NCBI RefSeq assembly: GCF_000150275.1
Contig: NW_002060954.1
Span: forward strand, 1,798,001 to 1,862,000
Length of the DNA stretch: 64,000 bases
From: Trichoplax adhaerens
Lineage: Eukaryota > Animalia > Placozoa
Direction of reading: 5' to 3'
Position numbers and translations under genes: made by a program. This document shows, piece by piece, positions 24,321 to 40,047 of the stretch (position 1 is its first letter; every line of letters starts with the position of its first letter). The notes below the pieces were generated by a model, which made no database searches, had not been told where the DNA came from, and was given only the letters and a program-made list of their open reading frames with translations.

Positions 24321-25567
24321 TTAGACTAACTCCAATTATTATGAGTAATTATTTATTCATTTAATCTATCTTATTACATTACTGTAACAAATGGCATGAT
24401 CTGTTGTGAAATTAGTTTAGTGGGATAAGATAGACATAGAGTTAATCTATTAGACCAGCAACTCATGGAGATAATATCTGGAATGAGTACGTCCTTAAAA
24501 CTGCAATCTCAATATCTCAACCCTCAACGGACTAAACTGGACGTGATACGGTGCTATTTGCATTTTCCAGTCAATACAGTACTGTACTCTAGAAGATAAA
24601 CGAATAGGCAAGGATAAAGTGTCGGTCTCTTCTTTAAATGCCCTATCCTGATCAAACATTTTATTTTCGGACATTGCATGCTTAAAAAGAATTTCTTACG
24701 TACCATTGTTATTCCTTTTCTACTTGCTTGGGATAACTCAATTCTAACTTGGGTACAGAAGTGAAAAAAATGATCAGAGATCGAATGGACTGTTTAGAAT
24801 GATTGGATAGACGTAATACGTACAATAAATATGTTCGCATAGAAGTAAATGTTCAGTACTGAGTGATTATAGATCAATACAATTAATATTTTCCCAGTTA
24901 AACTGTTAATTAACTATCTATTTACAGTCGTAGGAGTATATTGAATCGTCATGCCGTATTTCCGTGACCAATGTAGTAAATTAACAGCTACAGATACGCC
25001 TATAACATGTATATGAATACACTTCTAATTCGTTCATGTTTTGATCAGCGATAGACGATATCAAGATCGAAAAGTAAAACAAAAAAGTGCCTCCTATAGC
25101 CTCGTCCATGGTATCACTTTGAAAAATTATTGGGTACTGTGGTTACAAGACTTGAAATTGATCGCTTAAAGATTATAGTTTTATTTTGGCTTAGTAATAA
25201 CGATAATTGAAATTTATCTATCAAACGAATTTCGAAAACACTCGAAAAAGTGGCTATATTTTTCATTTCTTTTTACGCTGTCAAAAGTAATCTATCATCA
25301 ATAGGCTTTCTGTCTGAAAAATAATTTAAAAATTGCCGGATTTAACAAGTTTTCCATAAGCTAGGTACTATAAATCGAAATAGAATCACTACAGATTCTT
25401 ACTACCTTTCCGAATTGAACACTACTGATAATAATTAGTCAATTTTATTGATATCGACTGCGCACTGAGTTTTAGCAAGCAAAACGTCCCTTTTTATTCA
25501 CGCTAGGATCTTGTCTAGATCTTATAACAGTGCCTAAAAGGTATCATTACTACGGCCATTATTAACG

Positions 25568-28500
25568 ATGGACCTAGTTAGGCAGTTACTTTCTGCGACA
25601 GAACAAGGCAATATTTCCACTGTAACTTCTATGTTGGATTTATCAGACAATGTGGATATAACTGACGAAGAAGGCACAACTGCACTGCAGGTAGCTTGCG
25701 CTAACGGTCACGAAAATGTAGCTCGTTTATTAGTGGTACGAGGCGCTGACTTAAATCGTAGCAATTATTATGGTTGGACGGGGTTAATGCAAGCAGCGTC
25801 CTATGGCCATGTTGGTATGGTTAACTTACTCTTACAAAATAAGATAGAAGTAAATGCGGTTAATGAATTTGGTACTTCAGCGCTAGTATTGGCTTCTTAT
25901 ATTGGTTGTTTTGAAATTGTTAAATATTTAATTGATGCTGGTGCCGAGGTCGATGGTTGCAGTGATGATATGACACCTTTAATGGCGGCATCACAACATG
26001 GTCATGAGGAAATTGCTCGATTACTAATTGATAAAGGTGCCTCAGTTAACAAACGTATGCTACCGATCAATTGGAATGCTTTAATGTTCGCTACTTTAAA
26101 CAGCCATATGAAAATTGTCGAGCTATTACTTGATCGCCGTACCGATGTAGCTGCTATTAATCAAGCCAGTGACACTATTATTGATGTTGCTGTATCAAGT
26201 AAAAATGAAGCTATTTTAGAATATTTATTACGAAGAACACATTTAAAACCTAGAATTCAAAGTAAGATTGTCATTCTTATATACGTATATAAATTTATAC
26301 AAGTCCCAAATAGTGATTTTATAGTACTAGACTGTAATGACCAGTACCGGGTAGACTCACTTTCTCCTAAATTTATCTATCTGATCTTACTATATAACCA
26401 TTAAGTAAACCTTTTACCTACTAATCTTCCTTTAAATTTACTGAATTTTTAGAAATTCAAATTTCCCAGTCAGATATCTTCGAAGCTGTAAAATATGGTT
26501 AGTTAAACAATATTCTTATATGATATTATTTTGCACCTTTATTTCTATTTGATTTTAGTCAATTTCTTAGCATTTCTAATAATGGAGAGTTAAAAAAAAT
26601 TTTTTAAATTAAGATGGTATAAATAAGTAAAATTAGACTAAATGCAAAGTCAGTAGCAAATGGTGACTTTAGCTGTCAAACAGATACCATCATTTCGATG
26701 AATCCGCTTCTTGAATGTATGTTCATATTATATTTAGGCAATTTGCGTAGAGTGAAAGAATTAATAGCGAGTAATATTAATGCCGCAAATAGTTCGGATA
26801 AAGATGGTGCTACCCCATTAATGTTCGCTGCTATGCGAGGTCACACCGACATAGTCGATTTTTTAATTGAAAAGCACGCAAATGTTAATGCTCAAGATAA
26901 GATTAGTGGATGGACTTCTCTTATGCAAGCCACTTATTATGGGTATATTTACATTACTTAATGAGTAACCTGATATAGTTTAATTGATTTGGCCATTTTA
27001 ATAACGAACTTAGTCACTGTTGCTGTTTTACTGTAAATTGTATTTTCTGATCGTTCAAAATTAGTTATATATGAGATTGTTTAATTCTTCAACAGGCACA
27101 GAGGTTGTGTTCGTCGGTTAATAGATGCTGGAGCAGATGTTACTTTAAAGGCTACAAATGATTACACCGCATTCGATATGGCCTCTATAATAGGTACGAT
27201 ACGACTGTCCTGCACAGCAAAATTTTATCGATGTAATTAGTGAGAAATATCAGTTAATGAAGGGAATTTTAATTCTATCTTGAAAGTTTCAAATGATGCG
27301 TTTCTTATTGTAGGAGATACCGAAATTGTTCGAATGCTAGCTGCGGTTAGTTTAAAGGTACAAACCGGCAGAGAAAAGGAAGGTATATAAATATCGGTCC
27401 AATGCACTTAAGACTGCAGCGTGTAAAATCAAATACTGAATGATAATAACAAAACCTTTTAAATGCCATACAATCAAGCGAAGGTATCAATTTTTGTATT
27501 ATTATCCTGATCCGTAACTAATTCATAGGTCACAACGTTAATGCTTGGTCGGGAAATAAACATGATCGAAGTCCAGGATCTCCGAACGATAGCAATAATA
27601 GGTTAGTTTTGTATAACTGGAGCGGGCATAAAACCGTCACGAATGAATGTCTAGTGATATTAGATAAGGACTATTAGAAAAAATCATCTTTTGTAGTAAT
27701 CCTTGTACGTACATTACAGAATTCATTAATATTATCTTCCTTTTGATATAGGCAATTCGATGTTGAATCGAAGGGGGGTTTGAAAGTTAGTGTTACTGCG
27801 CAATAATTAGCTCTAAATCATTATTAGTAACTTTATTATTACAAAAATTCCGGTTGCAATTCTTTTTTCTACTGAGATTAAAAATCCTTTTTCTTGGAAA
27901 TAATTCGTACACTTCTAGACTTGGTGGATGCGAATGTCTAATCGATTTCGAAATTTAAAAATTGGTCGAACATCTCGTGTTGAAAGTGCTAATAACTCTT
28001 TGGTAACCAACAGTGGGATTTTACATCCTAGCGTCAGGATCAATAATAATGAAAATCACAGCGCATCAGGTAAAGGTTACAAGCTAAATCTTATATTACA
28101 ATACAGTTAAGACAGTATAGTACATAGACTGCACAGTTCTTCCATCTGTGAGATAAAAGTGCGCAGTTACACCCACTCAAAGTATAATATTGCATATTTA
28201 GATATTAGTGGAAGTGAAGTTAACAAAGAAGCGAAGCGTCCTCAAGTCTTGGTAAGGCTTACACCAGCGATAACCAAATTTCGATTTTCTGTGTTGGTAT
28301 CGCAATCAATGCTTCTTTAAAGATGTAACTTCTATTATCCTTGTATTTGTTGGCCTATACACATATAGGCTCTAGCATCAGTTCCTAAAAAGGGTCAGAA
28401 GCTACCTGCCAACGTATTAGCTCCAATTGTGCCACCGTTTTTACCGGCACCAACGTTCGACCTCATGAGTCGTAACGCCGACCGTGCTAAAGGAAATAGT

Positions 28501-29841
28501 AGATCCCCGGTTGGATTTCCCGCTGAATCTCCGCAGGTAAGGAGTGCATATATGTGCCTATATTATTGCTAACAATACAAGCTAAATTACAAAGTCATTC
28601 AATAACTATTGCTGAAGCAGTGTTAATTGATTCTGAAATTTTGATAGACTATTGGACATTCAGTCGTTCCTACATCACCCACTTCTCCATCTCCTCAGGC
28701 TATAACGCTACCTAATTTTTCATCGAGGGATAACAGTGCGCTATCTAGTAGACCTAATTCAACCACTTATATGAATTCTGGACCAAGTAAATGTGAGCAT
28801 CAGCATTAAGCATTCTATCCTGACCACAATTGATTTTATTATCATTGTAGAAATGAAATAAAATGTCATGTTAGAATGAACAGTTATTTTTAAAATATGA
28901 TTCATTCTAAAAATTTTGCATCAACCTCTGCTGTAATTTTGTTTAATACCCAGCGCCAAATGAGATAAGTGGCAGCAGTAAATCACCAATATATCCGGAT
29001 TCAGCCTTCTTGCCGTTCTCTAGTAATTCGCGCAGGCGGGAACGAGATTCAAATGTTATTAGACCAATAAACAGTAGTGATAAGACTGCAAAACGGCCTG
29101 GAAGTGTTACATCAGCGTCGGGAGCGAATGTTACAACTACATCAATAAGAAAGTCAACGCCGGTTTTAAGACCAAGTTCAGGTCCAGTAACCAGAGTTGC
29201 ATCCTGGAATATGGATGATAGTGGTAGTAGTATATCATTTAGTAATATAAGATCACGACAGAAATCAACGCAATCTTCCGATGAAGGTACGATATTTTTT
29301 CATATATTTTTAGTTAGAGACTAAAAAATCAGTTAATTACTTGATATAAACGTTAAATATATTTTTTTTTTGATGCAGATGAAGTGAGTAGCTTACTAAA
29401 GAAGTTATCGTTAGAAAAGTATACATCAGTATTTGAAGAGCAGGAGGTATTTCATAATTACTTTAATTTTCCTTTTATCATCAAACATAACATTTTATAA
29501 CGATCTTAAATTTCGTATTTCTATCTTAATTATTAAATCACTCTAAAGGTGGATATGGAAGCTTTCCTATCTTTAGATGACTTTGATTTGAAAGATTTAG
29601 GCATAAATCATGATCAATCTAGAAAGCAAATACTTGCAGCTATTACAGAACTCAATAGTAATAAGGTAAGATTTTCTTAATTTTGTAACAGGAATATTAT
29701 CATAAAGTGTGTTGTAATGTACGGCTCATAGGACTTACACTTTCTACTTCCATTATATCATTAAATTTAAAATTTATTTAGGATCGACAAAGGCAAAATC
29801 TGCTTGCTTCGTTTCAATTACCTGGATCAGTTAAAAAATAA
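25568..29841 (+). CDS. ANKS6: Ankyrin repeat and SAM domain protein 6
   Basis: About 10-11 ankyrin repeats; ANKS6-type GGLK|[14 protein letters not shown] motif; Ser-rich linker; SAM domain [23 protein letters not shown]|[36 protein letters not shown]; TAA at 29839-29841. Confidence 0.93.
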
Positions 29842-31651
29842 ATGGAAATGATCTGAATGTATTAAAATTAAATTTTTACGCTTTAATGTTATAGTTGTAA
29901 CAAGATCGAAAGTTTTATAATTTCGATCATATAAATATAAATAGTAGGTCCTTATATTTTTGACATAAAACGTGGTCAAATAGTGTCCTAAATGTTAGTT
30001 GTGGATGAATTTTGATTTCAATATTATTTCAATTTTACAACGACGAAAAAAGATTATTTTTGAAGCAAACATTAACTACTACATATATTTATATAGAGAG
30101 ACTACAGCTAATATCCAGATCGGTTTGCTACTGCAAAGTTTTGATACAGCATACTTTTGCAAGTGTAGCGTATACTTAATTCGCATGTACGCCAACATGT
30201 GCATGGTTTGCGTACTGTGCTTTTTGTTAGATGTTACAAAGTGTAATACTTACTGCTTTAACTTAATACGCGTGCTCAATCTTCGATTGATCTTTATTTT
30301 ATATTTTTATTTATACTTAAATAAAATTACCATCATTTTTTACTAATATAATCTTCGATTCTTGATGTCAGTAAGGTGTAGTACATGACTTTATAACTGA
30401 ATTAAATTCTTGCTTTAGACTGCGAAAAATTTCCGTCTCTTAGTATCTTCTATCATTTTTTTCTCCTCTTTAAAATTGATAACTTAAAAGGAGCAACCTT
30501 TTTACTAAATATCGTGCAAAAATAAATGCCATCATCATAGTATTTGAAATCTGATACTGATGAACTGTAACTTCAGTAATTATGAAATTTAGATTCATTG
30601 ATTAATGATTGATTACATGTTTGTAAAAAGATATGCAAGCAAGATGTTTTCTTGAGATACGGTAAACTACACGTATTACTTTTATTAAATATCGTACTTC
30701 TACTTTTATATCAAGTTAAATTCTTTCGTATAGTAATACTCTAGCTATCGCCAGTTATAACAAAATATGTAAGAAATATTTTTGCGTTGGAGTAGGCTGC
30801 TTTGAAGTACGAGTACAAAAAATGTGCCTATTAGAAATATTTATAAAAAATTTTCAAACTTTAGGTCGTTGCTTCAACATGATTATACTAGGTTTAACGC
30901 ATCCTACAGCTCATCGCTTTTAGCCCAATATACTATAATATAATTGATGATTGCAACCGAAATGGCGATAATTAATACAATACTATGCACGGTTTACACA
31001 AAGTTATAATATGATCTGATTCAATAATTACAATACACGTAGAAACTTGGGCTATCTGAAAGCTTTGTATATATCTTACCCTGGTTAAATCCAATTAAGT
31101 GATCCAAAAATGGAAGTAAACGCAACGTAGCTACTGTACAACAAACTTGTGCAACAGTCATGAGTATTTTTAAATGTTCTACTGTTGCATTTCGAAAGTT
31201 AATATAAAATTTTAATTGAGTAGCACCAAGTTACCGATCTGAGACTAACTCCTGACTAATTATCCTTTGTTGAAATCTAAATTTAACAAGCAGTTTAAAT
31301 ACTAAGAAATTTGGTAGAACTCATCTTTATTAATATCAATATAACTATAAATAACAATAAATCGATGTTTCGGATCAATGTTGATCTGAATTTCTACTAA
31401 ATTATGATTAATAGCTTTTAAGTACAAACTATCCTATGAAATAGCGAAGCCGTTAACCCTGAAAAGAATACGGTTAATATGTGCTAGCATCAAATTATCT
31501 ATTTTTATACACTAGATTAAGAAATTACAGTACTGTATGAGGACATTTTTATACATAAATGGGAGTTTTTCTTGTTTCTTGTTATGATCATTATACCTTA
31601 TAATTCTACAATTGATATCTTGTAAAAATAGCAATTTAATGTGTATTGGTA

Positions 31652-33598
<1,947 letters not shown>

Positions 33599-33871
33599 TT
33601 TAGGTTAGACCTGAATCAATCTACTCGACTATAGAAGCTCGTCGTCTAGCAAAGTTGGCAATCGAGTGTTTGATCTTTTTCAAGTGTACCCAAAGGGCGT
33701 CACTGTCGTTATGAGCGCTTTTCGCCTTGGCGTACCTTATATTAGCGTGAGGGTACATATCAGTATATTAAACGGTCGATTCAGCTGATATGGTACCCTA
33801 CAGTGTCTACCGGTGTATGGGTGTACTCATAGAAAGTGGTAGCAGGCTCGGAAAAAAGCTCTTCGGAACCA

Positions 33872-33998
33872 TGGACAGTGGGACATTAGGTGAACAATGG
33901 ACATGGACATTGGACACTGGACAGTGGGCAGGACAGTGAGTACAGTACAGTACAATACTGTACTGCACGTACTGTAGTGTCTATTGTACTGTTACAGT
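33872..33998. repeat. TGGACA(N) and TACAG/TACTG short degenerate repeats upstream of PDCD6
   Basis: tggacagtgggacatt...tggacatggacattggacactggacagtg followed by gagtacagtacagtacaatactgtactg. Confidence 0.7.
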
Positions 33999-34274
33999 AG
34001 CAACGGAGTCATTCGTTCATTAAACGTTTAACTTAATGGGCCGACATCAATTAATTAATTTATTTATTTATTTACTGTAAATTTATTACACATGCAGTAT
34101 TATGAATATTTATCATGCAGATCCGATAGACTATGAATTACGCTAATAAAGCTGCATTAAGCTATACAATCTATTTTTATCTCACATTCACTATTTTGGG
34201 TGTGTAACATGACGTAGCCTTTGGTCATTTGAAAGTAAGATTGTAGGAATAGTAGTATTNTCCTGCAAGCTTTA

Positions 34275-34597
34275 NNNNNNNNNNNNNNNNNNNNNNNNNN
34301 NNNNNNNNNNNNNNNNNNNNNNNNNNNNNNNNNNNNNNNNNNNNNNNNNNNNNNNNNNNNNNNNNNNNNNNNNNNNNNNNNNNNNNNNNNNNNNNNNNNN
34401 NNNNNNNNNNNNNNNNNNNNNNNNNNNNNNNNNNNNNNNNNNNNNNNNNNNNNNNNNNNNNNNNNNNNNNNNNNNNNNNNNNNNNNNNNNNNNNNNNNNN
34501 NNNNNNNNNNNNNNNNNNNNNNNNNNNNNNNNNNNNNNNNNNNNNNNNNNNNNNNNNNNNNNNNNNNNNNNNNNNNNNNNNNNNNNNNNNNNNNNNN
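34275..34597. other. Assembly gap (run of N)
   Basis: 323 consecutive n, plus a single n at 34260. Confidence 1.
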
Positions 34598-35760
34598 CTT
34601 GATAAAGTCGTATAGACAACCTGTAATGACAGACATTTAGCAATAAATGAATAAAAATGGTATATTTTCTCATCCTTGAGCTAGTTACTAGCATCATTTG
34701 TCTTGCTTTTTGATGACAAGTCCAATATTAAGGATTACAATACGTTTATGCAATCTTTCTTTCCTAACTCTACAGTTCAAAGTGTTGTCCTATAGCATTA
34801 AGTGCTTTTATTCCTTCTTAAATTTGAAGTTAAAGGAAAATATTCTGAACTTGTGGGCTCAAAACAGCAACCACTTCGCTATACAATAGTACAGTTCGTA
34901 CTGTGTCAGTGTGTATACGGTATACCAGTACACCACTGAACTACATTATATACGGAAGTACCATATGAACTAGCTAAAGTAAACAGCAATCCGGCCCAAC
35001 GCTCTAAAAGTGAACATTATTGTAATTATAAAAATAGTATCTAGTAAAATGAATGCAATCCTATTGCGATAATCTCGATCTATCCTACTGTTTGGCGTTC
35101 GTGGATCAACTTACCAGAAATTAAAGAATAATGCAGGCATTAATAAAAGTGTGTACTCTTTCACAATGTACGGTACGCGGACACTACTCTTTACGGCCTG
35201 ATCATTCTATAACGTAGTATAATACGCGAACTAGTGCATAGTGATACTGGCGAATGTGAGCTAAGATACACCTACTACTTATATTAGAAATGAATTAAAT
35301 GCTAAATTAATTAACTGTAATTTATTATTGATAATGGCCATGAAATGACGAGTGTGTAGATAACATTAACATCAAAAGTAGCTTTATTTGCATCAGGATT
35401 TTAATCAACTCAATGACTACTCCTATGTTTATAGAAATACCGTTTACATTATAATAAATATTTTACTAATACATTAACTAATGATGTACTTCTTTAATAA
35501 GAGGCATTTCGACTGATTAATTATTATTTCACTGAATACGCTCTAGGCATGATTACTCGATTCTCGAAGATGAGTCGTTTAAAGATAACAATCAGCAAAT
35601 ACTGCATCATTAATTAGACGTTTCAGCTTAGCATTAACGAAGGTGACTATTGTTTTTCTATAGTTATAGTTCGTGCAGACTAAAACTTACTATTCACTAA
35701 TAGATATGAGCACTTTTAACGCAGTAACGAAAGCTGCACAATTATAGGTTAATCGTTTCA

Positions 35761-38144
35761 TTACTTCTTTGTAGTCTTATTTCGAAACCGATCGCAAAGC
35801 CCAGTCCAAAGAAAATTGAAGAAGTTTCCATAATCCTTTGAAGCAAAAAGTTTTATTATTAAAATGCAGTTTAGTTAGAAAAATCTATCGTCTTGAGACA
35901 ATTCTAGAACAGAAATAGTAAAACCTACAAGTTTGCCAGAAGCCATTGCCTTCAATCTTGGACCGGTTGTTAGATTCAAGAGCCTACACAAAATTATGAT
36001 TAATAATAGCAAAAGAAGTAGCAAGCGCAGTGGAATTATCTGACAATCTAAAGTGTCTAGCATGATATCGTTAATGGGACTTACCATTTACCCACAGATG
36101 GGGTATACTGCATTAAATATGTCATAAGTAATGGCAAATGGTTAGAGATCCATACTTCATCAATTTCATTAGCAATCGCTACCGACATTAAATGCGCAAA
36201 GCGATCCGTTGGCATTTTTTTCGAATTATCCATCCCACTTTCTCCTACTTTCTGCATTAAGGAAAATACCGAAATTATAGAGTTGTTAATTGTGACAATT
36301 TTTTAGGCGTAATTTTCCTATCTAGCTAAACTTGAGCACGAAAAAAAGTACATCTACCGCTACAGTAACATGTTAACTACTTAAAAAGACCTTACATCAA
36401 GATGTTGGTTACCTTATCAGCATTATCTGACAATGCATTTTTGCCCACATTTGACACAACTGCTCCAGGACATATTATGCTAGTTTTGATGCCAGGATTT
36501 GTGGCAAAAAGTTCAAAATTTAATGCTTCAAAGAAGCCCTAAAAGTACCAAATTACATGATTAGATCGCAAAGCAAGTAATAGTTGTATTAAATTAGCGC
36601 TGAGCTATTACAGAAGATTTTAAGGATGCTTTTGGTAATCTAAAGCTAATTATCGTAATATACGCAATTGTGAAGAATCACAAAATCAATAGCGCATTAC
36701 GCTATATACATACATGAAGTGCAAATTTACTGGCACTGTACCCACTGCTACCTGGAACGCCTATATAGAAATTGATATACATTAGAGAACAGAAGCACGC
36801 AATGACCGGTTTATTTTAATATACATATGGTATGATAGGCAACACCGTATAGTGATGTGCATTTGCAAAGATAAGCGCATCTTAAAATTTTTTAAATGAT
36901 TTACTCGAAAATGTAAAGATACATGCAATCATGGTTTATCACTACAACTATTATAGCGTTATCTTACTTACCGAATTTACCAGCAAGACTGGATATAACT
37001 ACTAAGAGGCCTTTACCTCTTGCATACATATGATTGTGAAGGATAGATTTAGTTAAAGAAATTGTACCAATGACATTTAATTGGCATAGATACTGGTCAA
37101 CACTGATATCTGCCTGCATTGCCAAAGAGCGTTGTGATCTTCCGGCATTATTTATAAGGATATCAACCTGAAAAGTGAATGATTACACTTTTTAGGTAAT
37201 GACAAAAGTAAAATAGCAGATATATGTATTAAAAGAATAGCAATAAATACATTAAATAGTAAGATCTATGAAATCTAAATAAGTTACATAGGCATTCCAT
37301 TGGTTTATAATTAATAAATCGTTTTATCAGATAGATAACTGTACGATTTAAATGTACTTAATAATACGTATCTTCAATTACATTGCTAACTTCGTCAGTA
37401 ATAACATTACTGCGTAAAAGGTGAGCTATTGGAATACTTACAACTCCAAAACACTGAACAGCCTCCGCAACGACGTCATTATGTTTTTGAATATCGGCGA
37501 GATCCAAAATTACAATTTTGACAGCTGATTCCTTTAATCCATACCCTAAATGTTCATTGTAATTGAGATACATGTATAACTGGACAAATGTACAAATGTT
37601 GCAATTGTTGCATGGAACATAGAGGCTCTAGTTCATTAGTACATACTATTATGAGTTCATATTTTGTAAATATAAATTCTTTATTAACTGTAAAGTAATT
37701 ACAGTAAATTCTAGTTTCAATGCATAACGGCAACTAAGCTTGCACATACGCAGGAATCACTGATAATACTTTACTTGTACACTATACTTTCGATAGTTTC
37801 CTAATAGCAACTCCCAGCTAAGAACAGAAAGTGGTAAATATCTAACCTATACAAGCTTGTTTGACACGCTTTAATTCATCTTCTCTTCTAGCCGACAAAA
37901 TTAGCCGAATGTCCTTGCAATTTTGCGCCAAATTATAAGCCGCATACTCCCCAATCCCGCTACTAGCACCAGTAATCCAAACGACTTTGCCATTTAATGA
38001 AGAGATTGGTCGACCAAACTTTTCTTTGTATAAAACCGTTAAGTCAGCATCGGCTAAGCAAAATCGAATAAACTGCACTACCAATATTAGTGGTAAAATG
38101 TAGTAAAACATTATTTCAAATAGGAAACATATAAGCCACATCAT
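35761..38144 (-). CDS. DHRS7: Short-chain dehydrogenase/reductase DHRS7-like
   Basis: N-terminal TM segment plus DADLTVL; KVVWITGASSGIG; LILSARREDELKRVK; VDILINNAGRSQR; GYSASKFALHGFFEAL (YxxxK); ends RFRNKTTKK*. Confidence 0.92.
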
Positions 38145-40047
38145 TTTTCCTTCCGTATTTTGGTAACGACAGATGAAATGGAATGTTGATGAAAAGTTTG
38201 CCTCTAATCTTTGTTAACCTAACCGTAATGATGAGTAACAGTAGTTCCAATTACATATAGAAATGTAGACGTAGAATTCAATTAAGCTGTGCAAAGTATT
38301 TTGTATCCAGTTGTCTACTATAGAATCATAACTGCAATCGACATACACATCTTTCACTCTTTCAGTTTTATAGGAGAATCTTAATTGATTGTACTCATCA
38401 TGCTGAACAGTGACTAAAAATACAGGTAATCATCTGCAATAAGAATGATAGTGTATGTACAGTTATCAACTGACAGAAACGATTCATTCTAATTATCGGA
38501 AAGCAGAAACTACCATTAAGACGAACTGATCGTTGGTTTATATATAACCTTATACTTTATGTTGATTTAATTTCAATGCTCGTACTCTATTTTTTCTCCC
38601 TCTCTTACCCTAGTGTAGTCTGCATTAATTAAGCAGTACAGCATTTATTTATAATTGAATAATAATTAATTATTATAGTATGTCTGTGCACTAGTCAGTG
38701 GATATCTTAAAGCTATATTGATTATTCACTAATTCATTGATGCTTAATACTTCACCTCGACAGTACAAGCCAAATTATGACAGAATTAGTTTAAACTGTT
38801 GATTTCGATGATATCTTACAATGATGATTAATTTATCTACGACGTTATCATGAGCATAAGATAATTAATTGTAGACGTAATAGATACAGTAACACTCGTA
38901 CAGTACAGTAGATCTTATAAGATACAGACAGTGTGCACGACTATGCAAGCTGCAATTCTGACGTTACTCTACCTGAGTTTTTCCACAATCGCTACAAGCC
39001 AGTATCGCCAAATTATGATTAATTAATTAATCTAGTAGCAAAGAGAAGCACTGCACAACAATACGTCTACACGTAGGTTGCACTTGAATGACAGCCAATG
39101 CTAGGAAAGCTCAATTAGAATTCTGAAAAACTGTTTTCCCTTGCCTAATGTACACATGTACATCTACTCCGGTAAAACACCTACAGGTCGCATATACGAT
39201 TACTGTTATTGTGAACATGCGTATAGATGTTCAGTATTATACTGTACTGTTGAATAACGACTATAGCGACGAAAGTCCAAATATTATGCAGGCCATACAA
39301 GATTAGCTAATCGAGTCAAAATGTCGTCATTCGTAGTCGATAACTGCATGCCTATGTGCCTTTTGTCAGCAATGTGAGCAGCAATAAATCAGCTATGCAG
39401 TATAATTGTATAATGGTCTAAGCGGACTAGGCTTAGAAGGATTTTCTAGAGAAATTAAAAAGTGTAAATCCATGATGAGATCGTATAGCGGACCTCTGCA
39501 AATGATGCCAAAATTAAGGCTGATGGGCTGCTACAGTAGTGACTGGTGTAATAGACTTCAGTTTACAGTCATGTAATGTTGATCTGTATCGCTGCAAAGG
39601 ATGCCAAAAAATCAAGCTGGTCTGCCGTATTGACTGATGATAGATGTAGTATTATGTACAGTATTACTAGTAGGTTTTTCCTTGATCTCGATGAGTCTAG
39701 GAAAAGAAAGTAATTTAATGTTGCACCTTGCCGCAGTATGTAGCGCTCCATTCGTACATTATATTGCATTGCATCAACCAGGATGATTCGTATGCGATGC
39801 TGTTGATTTTGAAGCCATAGTGTATCCTATACTGTACAGTATAGGCAATATCTGCTATACTATACATACAATGTATTCTAGTTGACTGTATTGTGTATCC
39901 TCGCTCTATCGTATAGTAGTTATAGGATAACAGTGCTGTCATAAAGATCTCTGCAGCTTAATAAACTCCCATGGTGCAGCTGATCAACGATGTTAAAGGA
40001 CTTGATTCAATTACAAACTTAATTTATCAATTCTACTGCGTATTCCA

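Noticed and set aside
29999-30346. 115-aa hydrophobic ORF
   Set aside because: Lies in the T-rich 3' region of ANKS6, starts at TTG, and has no motif.
34157-34697. ORFs of 141-159 aa
   Set aside because: Artefacts of translating through the N gap.
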